Shown here in pieces: positions 1 to 12,311 of a stretch of 64,000 bases of DNA. This DNA comes from Octopus sinensis (lineage: Eukaryota). Each line of letters opens with the position of its first letter. Within the stretch, counting starts at the first letter, position 1. The notes beneath the pieces are model-generated. The model saw only the letters and a program-made list of their open reading frames with translations, made no database searches and had not been told where the DNA came from. The translations under genes and the position numbers were made by a program. The stretch lies in the NCBI RefSeq assembly GCF_006345805.1, contig NC_042997.1, positions 15,438,001-15,502,000 on the forward strand. Reading direction: 5' to 3'.

Positions 1-172
1 GCTATCATTATCCCGACCATTATCACTGCTACCAGCATAGCATCAAGAGCACCGACACCAGCATCAGCAGCTTCGAAACCAGCACTGTCGCCACCACCGC
101 CACCGCCGCCACCGTCACCCCACTGCCGCCGCCGCCGCCGACGCCACCACCACCACCACCACCACCACCAAG
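1..172 (+). CDS. Candidate 3' part of a Ser/Thr/Pro-rich coding exon, cut by the window start
   Basis: Frame starting at nt 3 is open (SIKSTDTSISSFETSTVATTATAATVTPLPPPPPTPPPPPPPPP) and ends at a good donor AG|GTATGT (172/173). Low complexity, no recognisable homology. Confidence 0.25.
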
Positions 173-556
173 GTATGTGTACAGAGGGAAGTTCAGTGGG
201 TAATGTTTCTGAGGAGGAATGACTGAGCTTGTTATCGTTTTTGGTTGTTTTCGAAAAAAAATCGAAAAAAGATCAATAGGAAAATGCGTTTCGCGTTACG
301 GTAAGTTTCTAGCAACTCGCCACTTCTGTAACGTGGGGGAAAGGATTCACACACACACACACACCACACACACACACACACACATTCACATACACTCACA
401 CTCACACACATCAATATGCAAGTGTATGTATGCATGTATATATACACAAACAAACACATACACACACACACACACATATATGCGTGTATATATGTATATA
501 TATACGCATACATACACATACTCACACACACACACACACACAAACACATATATATA

Positions 557-1112
557 GGTGTGGATGTATGGTAAGAAGCCTGCTTCTCACCCACACAGTT
601 CTGGGTTCAGTCCCACCGCGTGGTACCTTGAGCAAGTGTCTTCTGCTATAGTCTTGTGCTGACAAAAGTCGTGTTAGTTGATTTGGTAGGGGGAATCCGT
701 GGAGGTGCAATGGCCCAGTGGTTAGGGCAGCGGAATCGCGGTCATAGGATCGCGGTTTCGATTCCCAGACCAGGCGTTGTGAGTGTTTATTGAGCGAAAA
801 CACCTAAAGCTCCACGAGGCTCCGGCAGGGGATGGTGGTGATCCCTGCTGTACTCTTTCACCACAACTTTCTCTCACTCTTACTTCCTGTTTCTGTTGTA
901 CCTGTATTTCAAAGGGCCGGCCTTGTCACTCTCTGTGTCACGCTGAATATCCCCGAGAACTACGTTAAGGGTACACGTGTCTGTGGAGTGCTCAGCCACT
1001 TACACGTTAATTTCACGAGCAGGCTGTTCCGTTGATTCGGATCAACCGGGACTCTCGTTGTCGTAACCGACGGAGTGCTTCCAATCCAGTGGGAAACTGA
1101 AAGAAGTTTGAA
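557..1112 (+). mobile_element. Diverged CORE-like tRNA-derived SINE (5' half), interrupted by a younger SINE at 701-1083
   Basis: Head GGTGTGGATGTATGGTAAGAAGC...GGGTTCAGTCCCAC, then the CORE-like CCTTGAGCAAGTGTCTT. The sequence resumes as GGAAACTGAAAGAAG after the insert. Confidence 0.65.
701..1083 (+). mobile_element. tRNA-Arg-like SINE (octopus OR-type), full length
   Basis: A box TGGCCCAGTGG, B box GGTTTCGATTCCC. Near-identical copies at 15063, 42859 and 62867. Confidence 0.85.
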
Positions 1113-1486
1113 TAAAACCATTCAAGGCTGTACTTCCGTATGGTTATTTGTTTTACCAAAATAGCTCGTGGAAGTAGAACGGTGGTAATCACCGATGAAG
1201 ACGCTCCATCATTAACACATGCATTCACACTCGCGCGCGCGCACACACACACATACACACACGTCACTGAGTGGAAGAAATATGTGCATTGTTTTACCGC
1301 TTCGTCTACTTGTTACAATAACCGTTTGTTGACAAGTGTTTGTTAAATTGTTTCGTAATTTCGTAATGGAATCTAAAGGTCGACAGACCAAGGAATTTAA
1401 TTATTTCGAACTAAGTATAAAGGAATATTTAGTAGATACCAAAAATATTGTTCCTTATATATATATATATATACATATATACATAC

Positions 1487-1543
<57 letters not shown>

Positions 1544-1561
1544 TAATATATATATATATAT

Positions 1562-2271
1562 AAAACTTAGATAAAACTTATATGTGTTTCGACCAAAGAT
1601 TGGTCCAGGCCATGTCTAACTTAATAGCACCACCTGATAGGATTATCTAAATCCTGTTTAAGTCAAGTTTTGGTTATAGTCCATTCAAGTAGTGAGCTTT
1701 TGTTGGGTGAGTTGTATCCAATTATGGGTGGCTTATCTGGTATTCCTTGAAGGAATCTATCCAGACTCCGTTTAAAGTTGATGGGATCCTTTTCCTCTTT
1801 GATCTCTTTCGGGACAATGTTAAATAGGGCAGGGCTTGTTGAGGAAAAGAAATTATGTTGCAGTGTACATATATGGTGTGATCTTGAATTGGGCAGGGGA
1901 CGTATGGCCCGTGGTCCCAGTCTTGGATGAACCTTGAAACTAATGTTCAGGTCGTTTGGGCAAAGTTGGCGGTATATTCTCCACATCGTACAAATGATGT
2001 ACTGCTCATGGCGGTGCTGGAGAGTGTAGATTTTCAAGGCTTTAAGGCGGTCCCAATAATCGAGTGCAGCCATGCCTTCAATTCGTTTAGTGAGTGCCCT
2101 CTGGGGTGATTCAATCCTCGAGATGTTTTGTTTTGTATGGGGAGACCACAGTGGGCAGCAGTATTCAAGGTGTGGCCGTACAAGGGAGGAGAAAAGTGGT
2201 ATGATGACACCTTGTTCTCTGGACCGGAATGTTCTTAAGATCCAGGAACTCATCCTACGAGCTATACACAC
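1562..2271 (-). mobile_element. 5'-truncated CR1-group LINE (RT C-terminus and 3' UTR)
   Basis: ORF 1663-2271 has LVRPHLEYCCPLWSP, IESPQRALTK and FKRSLDRFLQGIPDKP, typical of CR1-group ORF2 ends. The 3' UTR has a hairpin and short TAAGTTTTA repeats. Confidence 0.85.
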
Positions 2272-2272
2272 G

Positions 2273-2479
2273 CACGAGGGGGTGCTGGCTTTGCGTAAAA
2301 GAAAATACAGGAGGATAAGTTAATTATGATTTTATTGAACATATTCCCCTCTCAGATTCACACACTTTTAGCAGCAGTTCTTCAGTTTTTCTAAACCCTG
2401 TAAAAGAACTCTGAAGTTGAGCCTCCAGCCAGGCCTTTCGCGGCACACTTAAAACCAGGAACTTTTCAGCACCCCTCCT

Positions 2480-2483
<4 letters not shown>
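2273..2483 (-). mobile_element. Mariner-derived MITE
   Basis: TIR CGAGGAGGGGTGCTGAAAAGTTCCTGG; the other TIR has an internal deletion. Homologous to 15479-15694. Confidence 0.7.
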
Positions 2484-2531
<48 letters not shown>

Positions 2532-2874
2532 CAGACACATAGATACTCAGCCATACACATACTAACACGCGCATTTACATACACACGCATCCGATGGTTA
2601 ATCATTGATTATCGACCATATTCTTATAATTTTTTTTCCTATTTGCGGGAAATTTAGTGGCACGCACATGGCTAGACGTCAACTCGGGCCTCTAGTCACT
2701 ATGATTCAGGTTTGAGCTGCTCTACTAATGATGATTGTGGTAGCGCCGATGCTGACGCTTGCGGAAGTTGTAGCGCTGATTGTGGTTGGGGTGATGGTGG
2801 TTTTGGTGGTGTTTTGGTGGTGCTGGTGGTGATTCTGGCTGTGACGGTGGTGGTTGTAATAATGACAGGCACAC

Positions 2875-2894
2875 ATATCTATCTATCTATCTAC

Positions 2895-2961
<67 letters not shown>

Positions 2962-3035
2962 CTATCTATCTATCTATCTATCTATCTTCTATCTATCTAT
3001 CTACCTACTACCTACCTACCTACCTACCTACCTAC

Positions 3036-3102
<67 letters not shown>

Positions 3103-3123
3103 CCTACCTACCTACCTACCTAC

Positions 3124-3188
<65 letters not shown>

Positions 3189-3215
3189 CATCTATCTATC
3201 TATCTATCTACATAC
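2875..3215. repeat. (TATC)n/(TACC)n compound microsatellite
   Basis: Direct reading. Confidence 0.95.
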
Positions 3216-4276
3216 ATACATTCATACACGTATCATAATTGATAATCACAACTTGGTATTGATGAATAGTGAACACTAAAAATGGTGTTTTAATGCATTA
3301 TGTCCAATTAGATTGTAGCTTTGATAATGTAGACAAATCGATGATTCCGTGTTAGATCATCGATTTGCTTATTTTTGAATACAATCTTGTATTTCACATT
3401 TTCTAGTCTTGGGCAACACAATTTAAATGTTCAAAGCCGATGCGGCTGATGTGCCCACACTGTTCTGATTATCTTACCTGGAGACCACCTGGTACTTGGG
3501 TATTATTCACACGACCCACTGTGGTGCAATGTTCGGGCATGTTCATCAGTTTGAGCATAACGTCCTCTCTTCAGTCATAAAAGCCTTGAAAATAGTGGTA
3601 TGTAGTGATATGTGCGGCTAATCCTCTTCTGATTATTAAACATACATATCTAATAACGGAGGGACTGTGAATATCATGGAGCACAGCTCCATCTAGTGCC
3701 TAAGCATGGCTGTAGTCAAATGACTGAGACATGTAAAAGAATAAAATAATGTATTTGTCTATTGATAAATATATGCTTTGTGACTTGCTTTGAGAAAAGA
3801 ATTGGTGATACGATTCTGAAGAACAAGGAGAATCTTCTGTTGTCTCATTGGAAAACCATAATCCTGGGAACTGCGACCGTTTCAGAAACAGATAAAACTT
3901 CATTTAAGACTACACGATAGCCTACAATGTAATAGCGTAATAGTGAGTTGGACCAAATTTTGTCTCTGAAATGTTTTCATGGATTTGAAACAAGTATTTT
4001 GTAGTACTCCCTGCTTTGTGTGTCTCATTATAGAAAAGTGACACAAAATAATAAGAAACAGACATCGTTTTATTCTAGATTATTTTGGTATCCGACGCAA
4101 TCACGCCGAAATTACTAAATAAATATCTCACACGAGCTGAAAGGTCAATACCGCAGATCAAAAAACAAGTGTACAACTTGTTCGACTGTGGTTTACATTG
4201 TTCTCAAAGGTCAAACACTGGTTTGTTTGTATATCTGATCAAAAGAAACGAATATCGTCTACTACTGCTGCTGCTG

Positions 4277-4307
<31 letters not shown>

Positions 4308-4451
4308 ACTACTACTACTACTACTACTACTACACTACTACTACTACTACTCTACTACTGCTACTACTAGTTTATTTTTCAATGTAATATATATTATTAT
4401 TCCAGTATGCTTCTGAGATTAGATGTAAATTATTTGTGCACTATATATACA

Positions 4452-4588
4452 AGAAGCTTGCTTCCCAACCACATGGTTCCGAGTTCAGTCCCTGCGTGGC
4501 ATCTTGGGCAAGTGTCTTCTACTATCGCTCTAGACCGACCAAAGCATTGTGAGTGGATTTGGTAGACGGAAACTAAAGAAGCCCGTCG

Positions 4589-4654
<66 letters not shown>

Positions 4655-5125
4655 AACAATTAACATCCTTAATTGTTAAATCTATTCCGAAGAAATACTT
4701 TTCCTACCCGACATGCAGTTCGAGAAAGCCCGCCATTTACCGAATATATGATTTATAAACATTTCCATATGCTTCGCCGGAGAGAGCAGATGTCTGTTCG
4801 ACTTCGTCAGGTATATTGATCGTTTATTTATGATGTGTTCAGAATCAGTTCTACTGATGAACATAGACGTATTTGATGCGTTAAGTGTGAAATCACAGGT
4901 GATATAGAACTAAATTCATTTTTTAAATGTCCTGCTTTGAAAACTGCATTGGGTACGATTAGTGAAATTTTGGTAGTAATGACATATGTCCCTCTTAGTG
5001 TGAGGCATTTATGTGTAATAATGCCCTCTATACAATATAAATATATATATATATATATATTGTGTGTGTGTGTGTGTGTGTGTGTTTAGTGTGTGTGTGT
5101 TTGTCCCCATAACATCGCTTGACAA

Positions 5126-5156
<31 letters not shown>

Positions 5157-5390
5157 GTGGTGTGTGTGTATTTATTTGTGTGTCTGTTTGTCCTCTCAAC
5201 GTCGCTGATACCGATGATGTTGTATTTACATCACCGTAACTTAGCGGTTTAGCAAAAGAAACCGATAGAATAAGTACTAGGCTTACAAAGAATAAGTCAT
5301 GGGGTGGATTTATTCGACTAAAAGTGGTGCTCCAGCATGGCCGCAGTCAAATGGCTAAAACAAGTAAAAGAATAAAAGAGTAAAAGAATA
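4452..5390 (+). mobile_element. CORE-like SINE split at its internal (TA)n by a ~390-bp insert (about 4655-5040)
   Basis: 5' half (4452-4600) ends in (TA)n. 3' half (5095-5390) ends in the CATGGCCGCAGTC...GTAAAAGA tail. Confidence 0.65.
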
Positions 5391-6380
5391 TATTTGTTTG
5401 AACTGTTGTTTTTAAACTTTATTTATGTTTTCTACTTTGGGTTTTCATTTAGTAGATGGTAATAGGTTACAGAAGAATATCTTCCTGTTCTTCTCTAGCG
5501 GCATACAAATAGCAGATTATATCAATGAATTAATACAATATCACGCGCATACAGAACTACCAATCTGTCTGTCTGTCTATGTATCCATAGTTAGCAAGAA
5601 TAAAACGTGTGCATATTTTCAGGGTATCATTACGCGTGTTTCAGAAAACGTCTACAATTGCGTAACTTAAAGTGTATATTATTACAAACCGCCATTTCTT
5701 CAGGTGATATTCCGCCGAACATTTTCTACCAAACTTGTATGTTGAATATTTTGGTGTCGTATGAAAGTTCCTTTAGGGAAGCAAATATTGTAGTAAAGCA
5801 TTAAAAAAAAAACAAGAAAAATTCAATATAGGGCGATGTTTAAGTCGGCAGCCAATCAAAGCCCTTGATTTCTCAATCAGCCAAAGTAATGTATACGTCT
5901 CATAAAGGGTGCTTTTTAGAATGTCAAGTTACTTATTTATGCAGGAGTTCATGACATCAAGGAATTTGAATGGTCAGTTGGCTATAAATAATCAAACGTT
6001 TTAACAACGAGGATAAGCCTTTGTGTTTTCAACTCGACCAATTTGACTTGACGGAATTTTTTTGAAGTAAGCTGTCTAGCCAAAGTACTCGGAGGTGCTT
6101 CTATGTTAATTTATCTAGATCTAATTGAGCCTCTCTATTCTACTATATGTATATATATATAACGGGAAGCTTTATGAAAATAGACAAAAGACGAAGGCAG
6201 GTTTACGGAAATAAACAAAAGACGAAGGCAGGTGGAATACAAACAAACAATGTATTAGTATATATATATATATATATATATATACGGGAAGCTTTATGAA
6301 AATAGACAAAAGACGAAGGCAGGTGGAAAAACAAACGAACAATTGTATTAGTATGGCGCTCAGAAAATAAATAAAAAAAG

Positions 6381-6418
6381 TCTTTAACGTTTCGAGCCTA
6401 CGCTCTTCAACAGAAAGA
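6381..6418 (-). ncRNA. Minimal type I hammerhead-like motif with U at core position 6
   Basis: UCUUU-CUGUUGA-A-GAGC(GUAG)GCUC-GAAAC-GUU-AAAGA. Stems I and II are perfect; stem III is the palindromic ACGU. Confidence 0.6.
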
Positions 6419-6591
6419 TACACAGAGAGAAAAAAAAACACAGAAAGAAGGAGAGAAAAAAAAATGCGTGCAGTAGCTAACGAATCAACATGGCGATCTG
6501 ATTTCGGCCAGAGGTCAAAGATCAAACATGAGACGCGAGAGCGAAATAAGGGGAGATAATAGGGTTGATAATATGGTTGAAGGACCAGCTA

Positions 6592-6915
6592 ATAGTGCGT
6601 AGGAGGGGTCTGGACGTGTGTATGTATGGGGTTGGTGTATGTATTAGTATGTATAAGGGTGTGTGTGTGGTGTTGTGTATGAGAGAGTATTAGTGCGTAG
6701 GATTGGTGTGGACGTGCGTATGTATGGGGTTGGTGTATGTATTAGTATGTATTAGTATGTATTAGTACGTATTAGTATGTATAAGTGTGTGTGTGTGTGT
6801 GTATGAGAGATATAAGTGCGTATGAGGGGTCTGGACGTGTGTATGTATAGGGTTGGTGTATGTATTAGTATGTATTAGTACGTATTAGTACGTATTAGTA
6901 TGTATTAGTATGGCA
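6592..6915. repeat. Three ~100-120 bp imperfect units with GTATTAGTAT sub-repeats in the Penelope 3' UTR
   Basis: A block like TAGTGCGTAGGAGGGGTCTGGACGTGTGTATGTATGGGGTTGGTG recurs near 6592, 6690 and 6815. Confidence 0.75.
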
Positions 6916-8528
6916 CATCATATATGATGTGATGTGTGAAGTCGTGTGGTGTAGTGAGGAGAAGAGGGGGAGGGGGGAGAGGGGGGAGAGGGGGAGGAGA
7001 GGGGGGAAGAGGAGAGGATGGGGGAGAGAGAGAAGGGGGAGGAAGGAAGGGGGGAGGGGGGGAGGAAGGAGGAAAGAGGGAGAGGGGAGAGAGAGGGAGT
7101 GAGGGAGCAGAGGGAGGGGGAGAGGGAAGGAGGGAGGGAGGGAGAAAGAGGGAAGAAGGGAAGGGGGAGTAGGGGTGAAAGGATGAAGGACTGAAGAAGT
7201 AGGGGTCGGGGGGGAAAGGATAGTGAGGAGGAGGGAGAGGGGGGGGGTTAGATGAGGAGGGGGGGGGGGAGAGTTGAGACCAAATGGCGTATGAGAGCGA
7301 AGAGAGAGAGAAGATTAATTCCTGTTCACGGCGCAAACGGGAATCCGGATGGCCTCTGTGTAAGGACAAACCGAACACAGATAGGTGTTGCAAGGAGTGA
7401 CCGGTGGAGCGGAAATGGCGTGAGACCGGGTGTGTGTCGTTCGCAAGGTGGATGTCACGAAGGTGTTTCCGCGAACCGGTCAGCCAAGCGGCGTCCCCGT
7501 TTGTCCGATGTACAAGGAATTGCAGAGAGAGCAAGAGATGCAATAGATAATATTGCTGGAGGTGCAGGTGAAGGAGTGGATGATGGGATAGGGTCGATGG
7601 TGGGTGCTAGTGAGGCGGGTAGTGTTGGAGAGGTAAGGGCAAGTGCGGCAACGTGGGCGGGGCAGGGGAACGAGCCGGGTTGGGAGGGTAGGGTCAGGGA
7701 AGGAGCTATGGACCAAAAGGTCTCGAAAGTTGTGGGCTCGTTTGAAAGAGGGGAGGGGTCGGTTAGGGAAGAGGTGTGAAGTGTGAAGTGGACGGGTCGG
7801 ACTGGAGATGACGGAAAGCTCGAAGAATGGTGCGTTGGAGACGTAGGGTCGTGGGGTGGTAAGTGAGGGGAAAAGGGAGGCGGGAGACTACAGGGGGGTT
7901 CGGGGAAGAGAGAGCAGATACACGGTCCACGGACCGTGCTCTGGCAAGGGCGGTGTGGATAGTGGTGAGGGGGTATCCACGTAGGGTGAAGTGGTGAGCC
8001 ATACGTTGAGACTGAGTCTCAAAGTCATGGTCGTCACTACAGAGCCTACGTAGACGGAGGAATTGGGAATAGGGGATGGAAAACTTGGTGTGTTCTGGGT
8101 GGGAGGAAGAGAAGTTGAGGTATGAGTGTGAGTCTGTGTGTTTGTAGTGAATGGAGGTGGTAAGAGTGGAGTGAAGAATGCTAACCGAAATGTCGAGGAA
8201 GGAGACAGAGGTGTTGGAGATAGTGGAAGTGAAGTGGAGGGCTGGATGGAAAGATTGGACGAAAGAGAGGAAGGAATCTAGATGTTCGCGGGAGAGTGAG
8301 GTGGCACCGATAATGTCGTCGATATATATATATATATATAAGAGAAAAACAAAGTGAGACATAGGCACAATTAACGGAAAGGCCAATAAGCATCTTTCGT
8401 TAGCCGATGAAACCAGAATGACTGTAGTTCTGGTGCGTTTAAAATCCGAAGACTTTGATTCGTCAGGACTATTCCTGCGCCAGTGCCAGTCAATAGCACT
8501 GAGATGGAAACTGTGGACAGATGCATGT

Positions 8529-8611
<83 letters not shown>

Positions 8612-8612
<1 letters not shown>

Positions 8613-8816
8613 ATTGTCATTAAATGTGACTAGGGTGTTTCTTAAAACACCTACATTATTAGAAATAAGAGCTAAAATGCTCTAATGCTGTAGTTAACAC
8701 ACATGAATGAAAACATATACGTTAACAGGGACCATAATTGCCCGAAAAATACCGACCGAGAAGTCTTAAGACTGATGCGTCAGTTTCGGTAATTTCCGTT
8801 GCCATCATCAGTCAAG
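8612..8816 (-). mobile_element. Penelope-type pseudo-LTR, left arm of a ~200-bp inverted pair
   Basis: Reverse complement aligns with 9260-9460. It begins with a hammerhead and ends in (CA)/(TA)n. Confidence 0.65.
8765..8816 (-). ncRNA. Type I hammerhead ribozyme, near-complete
   Basis: CUUGA-CUGAUGA-U-GGCAA(CGGAAA)UUACC-GAAA-CUGA(CGCA)UCAG-UC^-UUAAG. Canonical core, GUC site, 5-bp stem I, closed stem III, one mismatch in stem II. Confidence 0.75.
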
Positions 8817-8873
8817 CCAGCTCGGTTTCCGGCTTTTTCCGGACCGGTTTCTCTATTAGTATATATGTCACCC

Positions 8874-9202
8874 GAGGGCGCGTGGATTAGTGGTTAGGGC
8901 ATTCGGCTCATGATCGTAAGGTTGTGAGTTCGATTCCCGGCGACGCGTTGTGTCCTTGAGCAAGACACTTTATTTCACGTTGCTCCAGTCCACTCAGCTG
9001 GCAAAAATGAGTTGTACTTGTATTTCAAAGGGTCAGCCTTGTCACTCTCTGTGTCACGCTGATTATCTCCGAGAACTACGTTAAGGGTACACGTGTCTGT
9101 GGAATGCTCAGCCACTTGCACGTTAATTTCACGAGCAAGCTGTTCCGTTGATCGTATCAGTTGGGACCCTCGTCGTCGTAACCGGCGGAGTCTTTAATTT
9201 AA
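8874..9202 (+). mobile_element. tRNA-derived SINE with a CORE-like body and the same 3' tail as the OR-type SINE
   Basis: A and B boxes, then TGTGTCCTTGAGCAAGACAC. Tail shared from GTATTTCAAAGGG onward. 11-bp TSD ATATGTCACCC (8863-8873, 9203-9213). Confidence 0.85.
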
Positions 9203-9259
9203 ATATGTCACCCAAATTAATGGATGGTTTAGCGATTCGCTAATGTTTATACACAAAAG

Positions 9260-9460
9260 CTTAACTCATGATGGCAACGGAAATTGCCGAAACTGACGTC
9301 AGTCTTTAGAATTCTCAGTCGGTATTTTTCGGACAATTATGGTCTCTGTTAGTGTATATGTTTTCATTCATGTGCGTTTACTACAGTATTAGAACACTTT
9401 AGGTCTTATTTCTACCAATGTAGGCGTTTTTTAACACTCTAGTCATATTTAGTGACAATT
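9260..9460 (+). mobile_element. Penelope-type pseudo-LTR, right arm, with a core-mutated hammerhead (9260-9309)
   Basis: CUUAA-CUCAUGA-U-GGCAA(CGGAAA)UUGCC-GAAA-CUGACGUCAG-UC-UUUAG. G5 is replaced by C. Confidence 0.6.
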
Positions 9461-9545
9461 ATAATTTCCTATTTGGGAAACATTGCAGCCTGCTGTTTAC
9501 ATTAATTATATATATATACATATACATATAGGTGTGTGTGTGTAT

Positions 9546-9615
<70 letters not shown>

Positions 9616-9966
9616 ACGCACATATATATATATATATATATCTATCAAATTTTCGATTCTGCACACGCAAAAAATCCAACAAACTCATCGAGAGCTAGCG
9701 CCGAGGAAAATACATTCAAGGCATTCGTCGTCATGTTAAAATAATGATGGAAGAGCATTTATTTAAGAAGTCCAGTCTGACATTCGCAATAAGCAAGACA
9801 GAACGGAGCAAAGAGATTGTTGGGATTGGTCAGGACGTAGCAGCAGTCGTAGCAGAGCATAAAAAGTTTGATGTAGACAAATAGAGAATAATATAAAAAA
9901 AGCGGTCAAAAGATGGCAGTCAGGCAAAAAAAAAATGATAAAAAGAGAGAGAGAAAGAGTTAGCGG

Positions 9967-10045
<79 letters not shown>

Positions 10046-10540
10046 GGAGAGAGAGAGAAAGTGGCCAAAGACACAGAAGGGAAACAACTATAGATGAGTA
10101 ATGATGGAAAGGAGTACCATTGTATGTCATAGGAAAAATTAACCGAAAAGATTCATAAATATGAAACACCTACAATCAGTCATAGAATCAGGGTAGATTC
10201 GGCGCCTTCAAAATACGAAGACTTATATTTCGCGCGTGTGAATGTGTGTATAAATATATGCATACTCACAAAAACACTCACACATATATATCTATATATA
10301 CATACATACGCACACAGAAACACACAGACACAGACAGACAGACACACACACACACACACACAAGCATATAGTTGAGCAGTTTAATTCTCGAGGGATTATA
10401 GTCAATAAGTGGTTGGTGTGAGTGCTCACCGAGAGGGAGACCTCAGAAAGATATGTATGTGTGTGTGTGTGTATGCATAAATATGTATCTATATATATCT
10501 ACATATATTATATATCTTTATATATAATATATATATATAT

Positions 10541-10574
<34 letters not shown>

Positions 10575-10684
10575 ATATATATATAAAACATATGTATGTA
10601 TGTAATAAATGTTTTTATGTCGGGTTCTAAAAACAAGTTATATTAGACTAAATGATTAATCAATACTTTTTATAGAGTACATAC

Positions 10685-11078
10685 TCTCTCTTCTCTTTTA
10701 CTTGTTTCAGTCATTTGAATGCGGCCATGCTGGAGCACCGCCTTGAGTCGAGCAAATCGACCCCAGGACTTATTCTTTGTAAGCCCAGTACTTATTCTAT
10801 CGGTCTCCTTTGCCTAACCGCTAAGTTACGGGGACATGAACACACCAGCATCGGTTGTCAAGTGATGTTGGGTGGGGGGACAAACACACACACATATATA
10901 TATATACATATACACGACAGGCTTCTTTCAGTTTCCGTCTACCAAATCCACTCACAAGGCTTTGGTCGGCCCGAAGCGAAGCATAGTAGTAGAAGACACT
11001 TGCCCAAAGTGCCACGCAGTGAGACTGAACATGGAACATTGTGGTGGTAAGCAAGCTACTTACCACACAGCCACTCCT
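10685..11078 (-). mobile_element. CORE-like SINE, full length
   Basis: CTCTTTTACTTGTTTCAGTC tail, internal CA/TA microsatellite, tRNA-like head ending in ACAGCCACTCC on the + strand. Confidence 0.85.
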
Positions 11079-11149
11079 CCGCCTATTTGTTATATTTTTA
11101 CAATAAGAGTGGTAATGGTGACTTTTAAGTAACATATATCGCACAGTAT

Positions 11150-11162
11150 GTATATCTATCTA

Positions 11163-11232
<70 letters not shown>

Positions 11233-11564
11233 CATAAATGTGTAATGATGTCTGTCTTTCTGTGTGATTAGGGTTACTCTAATTCCTCCCACACCGATCA
11301 ACCGATTTTAATGATTTTTGGCCGGAATTTTTCGAAAACTCGATAATGCGCAGTTGGCATCGATTTTTGTTAGCTTAGTCGGGCGTTTGAATGGAAATTC
11401 CCAGAACGATGTTATTTTACCAGCAGCTTTTGCATTTTCTCACGTGTAAAACCTCAGCAAAATCCATAGAATAGTCTCTAAGGAAATGCTTATTCAATAC
11501 TATGTCATAGATGGGCTTAACTTCAACATGGAAAACACGAGCAACGCCGGGTTCAACAGCTAGT
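11150..11564 (+). mobile_element. Non-autonomous Helitron-like element
   Basis: 5' (TCTA)n and TGTCTGTC, the motif ACCGATCAACCGATTTTAATGATTTTT, and a 3' end GAGCAACGCCGGGTTCAACAGCTAG|T. Confidence 0.45.
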
Positions 11565-11569
11565 ACTAT

Positions 11570-11606
<37 letters not shown>

Positions 11607-11612
11607 GCAATT

Positions 11613-11709
<97 letters not shown>

Positions 11710-11818
11710 CCCGTGACCGACCAGGCTTATTAGATGTTGCTACACAATGCTGGCCACAATGCGCTCGCATTGTTTTAGCCTTCAAATGACGCCATCCCGC
11801 TGGCTAAGCCGAGGCAGG

Positions 11819-11863
<45 letters not shown>

Positions 11864-11879
11864 TATATATAGGCAATAT

Positions 11880-12255
11880 AAATGAATTGACTCTTGATCA
11901 TAGGCTGAAACAGCTGTAAGAGCAGTTTATTTGTATTATTTTTATTATTATATTACATATTGATGTATATTGTTTTGTTCGATTTTGATGTTCCCATTTG
12001 TATAATTAATGAATAATGTGAAAGTGAAATATCCGTAAGTTGATTATCGAAATGAATTTGTTTCTCCATTTTCTTATTTGTATTATGAATTTACGGTAAA
12101 AATATTTTTTACCTTCACCCATTCAATACAATGAATGAATTAATTGCATCGCAAATAAAAGCATTTATGTATTTAGTATTTGGGTACTTCACCAGCAGTA
12201 TATTGGATAACTGATATCCCATAGTGGGTTACTTTCATAACTCCTATCCTACTTT
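11880..12255 (+). mobile_element. Penelope-type pseudo-LTR with a partly deleted hammerhead
   Basis: CTCT...GGCTGAAACAGCTGTAAGAG keeps GAAAC, the palindromic CAGCUG and the GUA site. Ends in (TA)n. Confidence 0.35.
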
Positions 12256-12299
<44 letters not shown>

Positions 12300-12311
12300 T
12301 ATATATATATA

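Larger units (their letters stand above)
6160..8330 (-). mobile_element. 5'-truncated Penelope-like retroelement (RT C-terminus, GIY-YIG endonuclease, 3' UTR, pseudo-LTR)
   Basis: YIDDIIGA...FLDISV...YKHTDSHSYLNFSSSHP...IPYSQFLRLRRLCS (7763-8330). CRTCPY...NIIYCISCSLCNSLYIGQTG (7480-7716) and RREQELIF. A frameshift separates the parts. A hammerhead motif sits in the 3' repeat. Confidence 0.9.

Noticed and set aside
701-775. tRNA genes at SINE heads
   Set aside because: A and B boxes are present, but there is no complete cloverleaf and the sequence runs straight into SINE bodies with TSDs.
3480-3600. Minus-strand exon (MLKLMNMPEH...LQ|GTAAG) and a nearby CUGAAGA-GAG..CUC-AAAC motif
   Set aside because: In-frame stop upstream and no acceptor. 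The ribozyme motif lacks G12 and stems I and III.
4780-4815. CUGACGA-A-GUC(GAACA)GAC hammerhead-like start on the minus strand
   Set aside because: No GAAA follows; at most a decayed relic.
8340-8530. CUGACGA-AUC..GAU motif on the minus strand
   Set aside because: It is followed by UUUAAAC rather than GAAAC, and there is no stem III.
8612-9460. MITE with 200-bp TIRs
   Set aside because: No TSD was found and both arms contain hammerheads; an inverted pseudo-LTR pair fits better.
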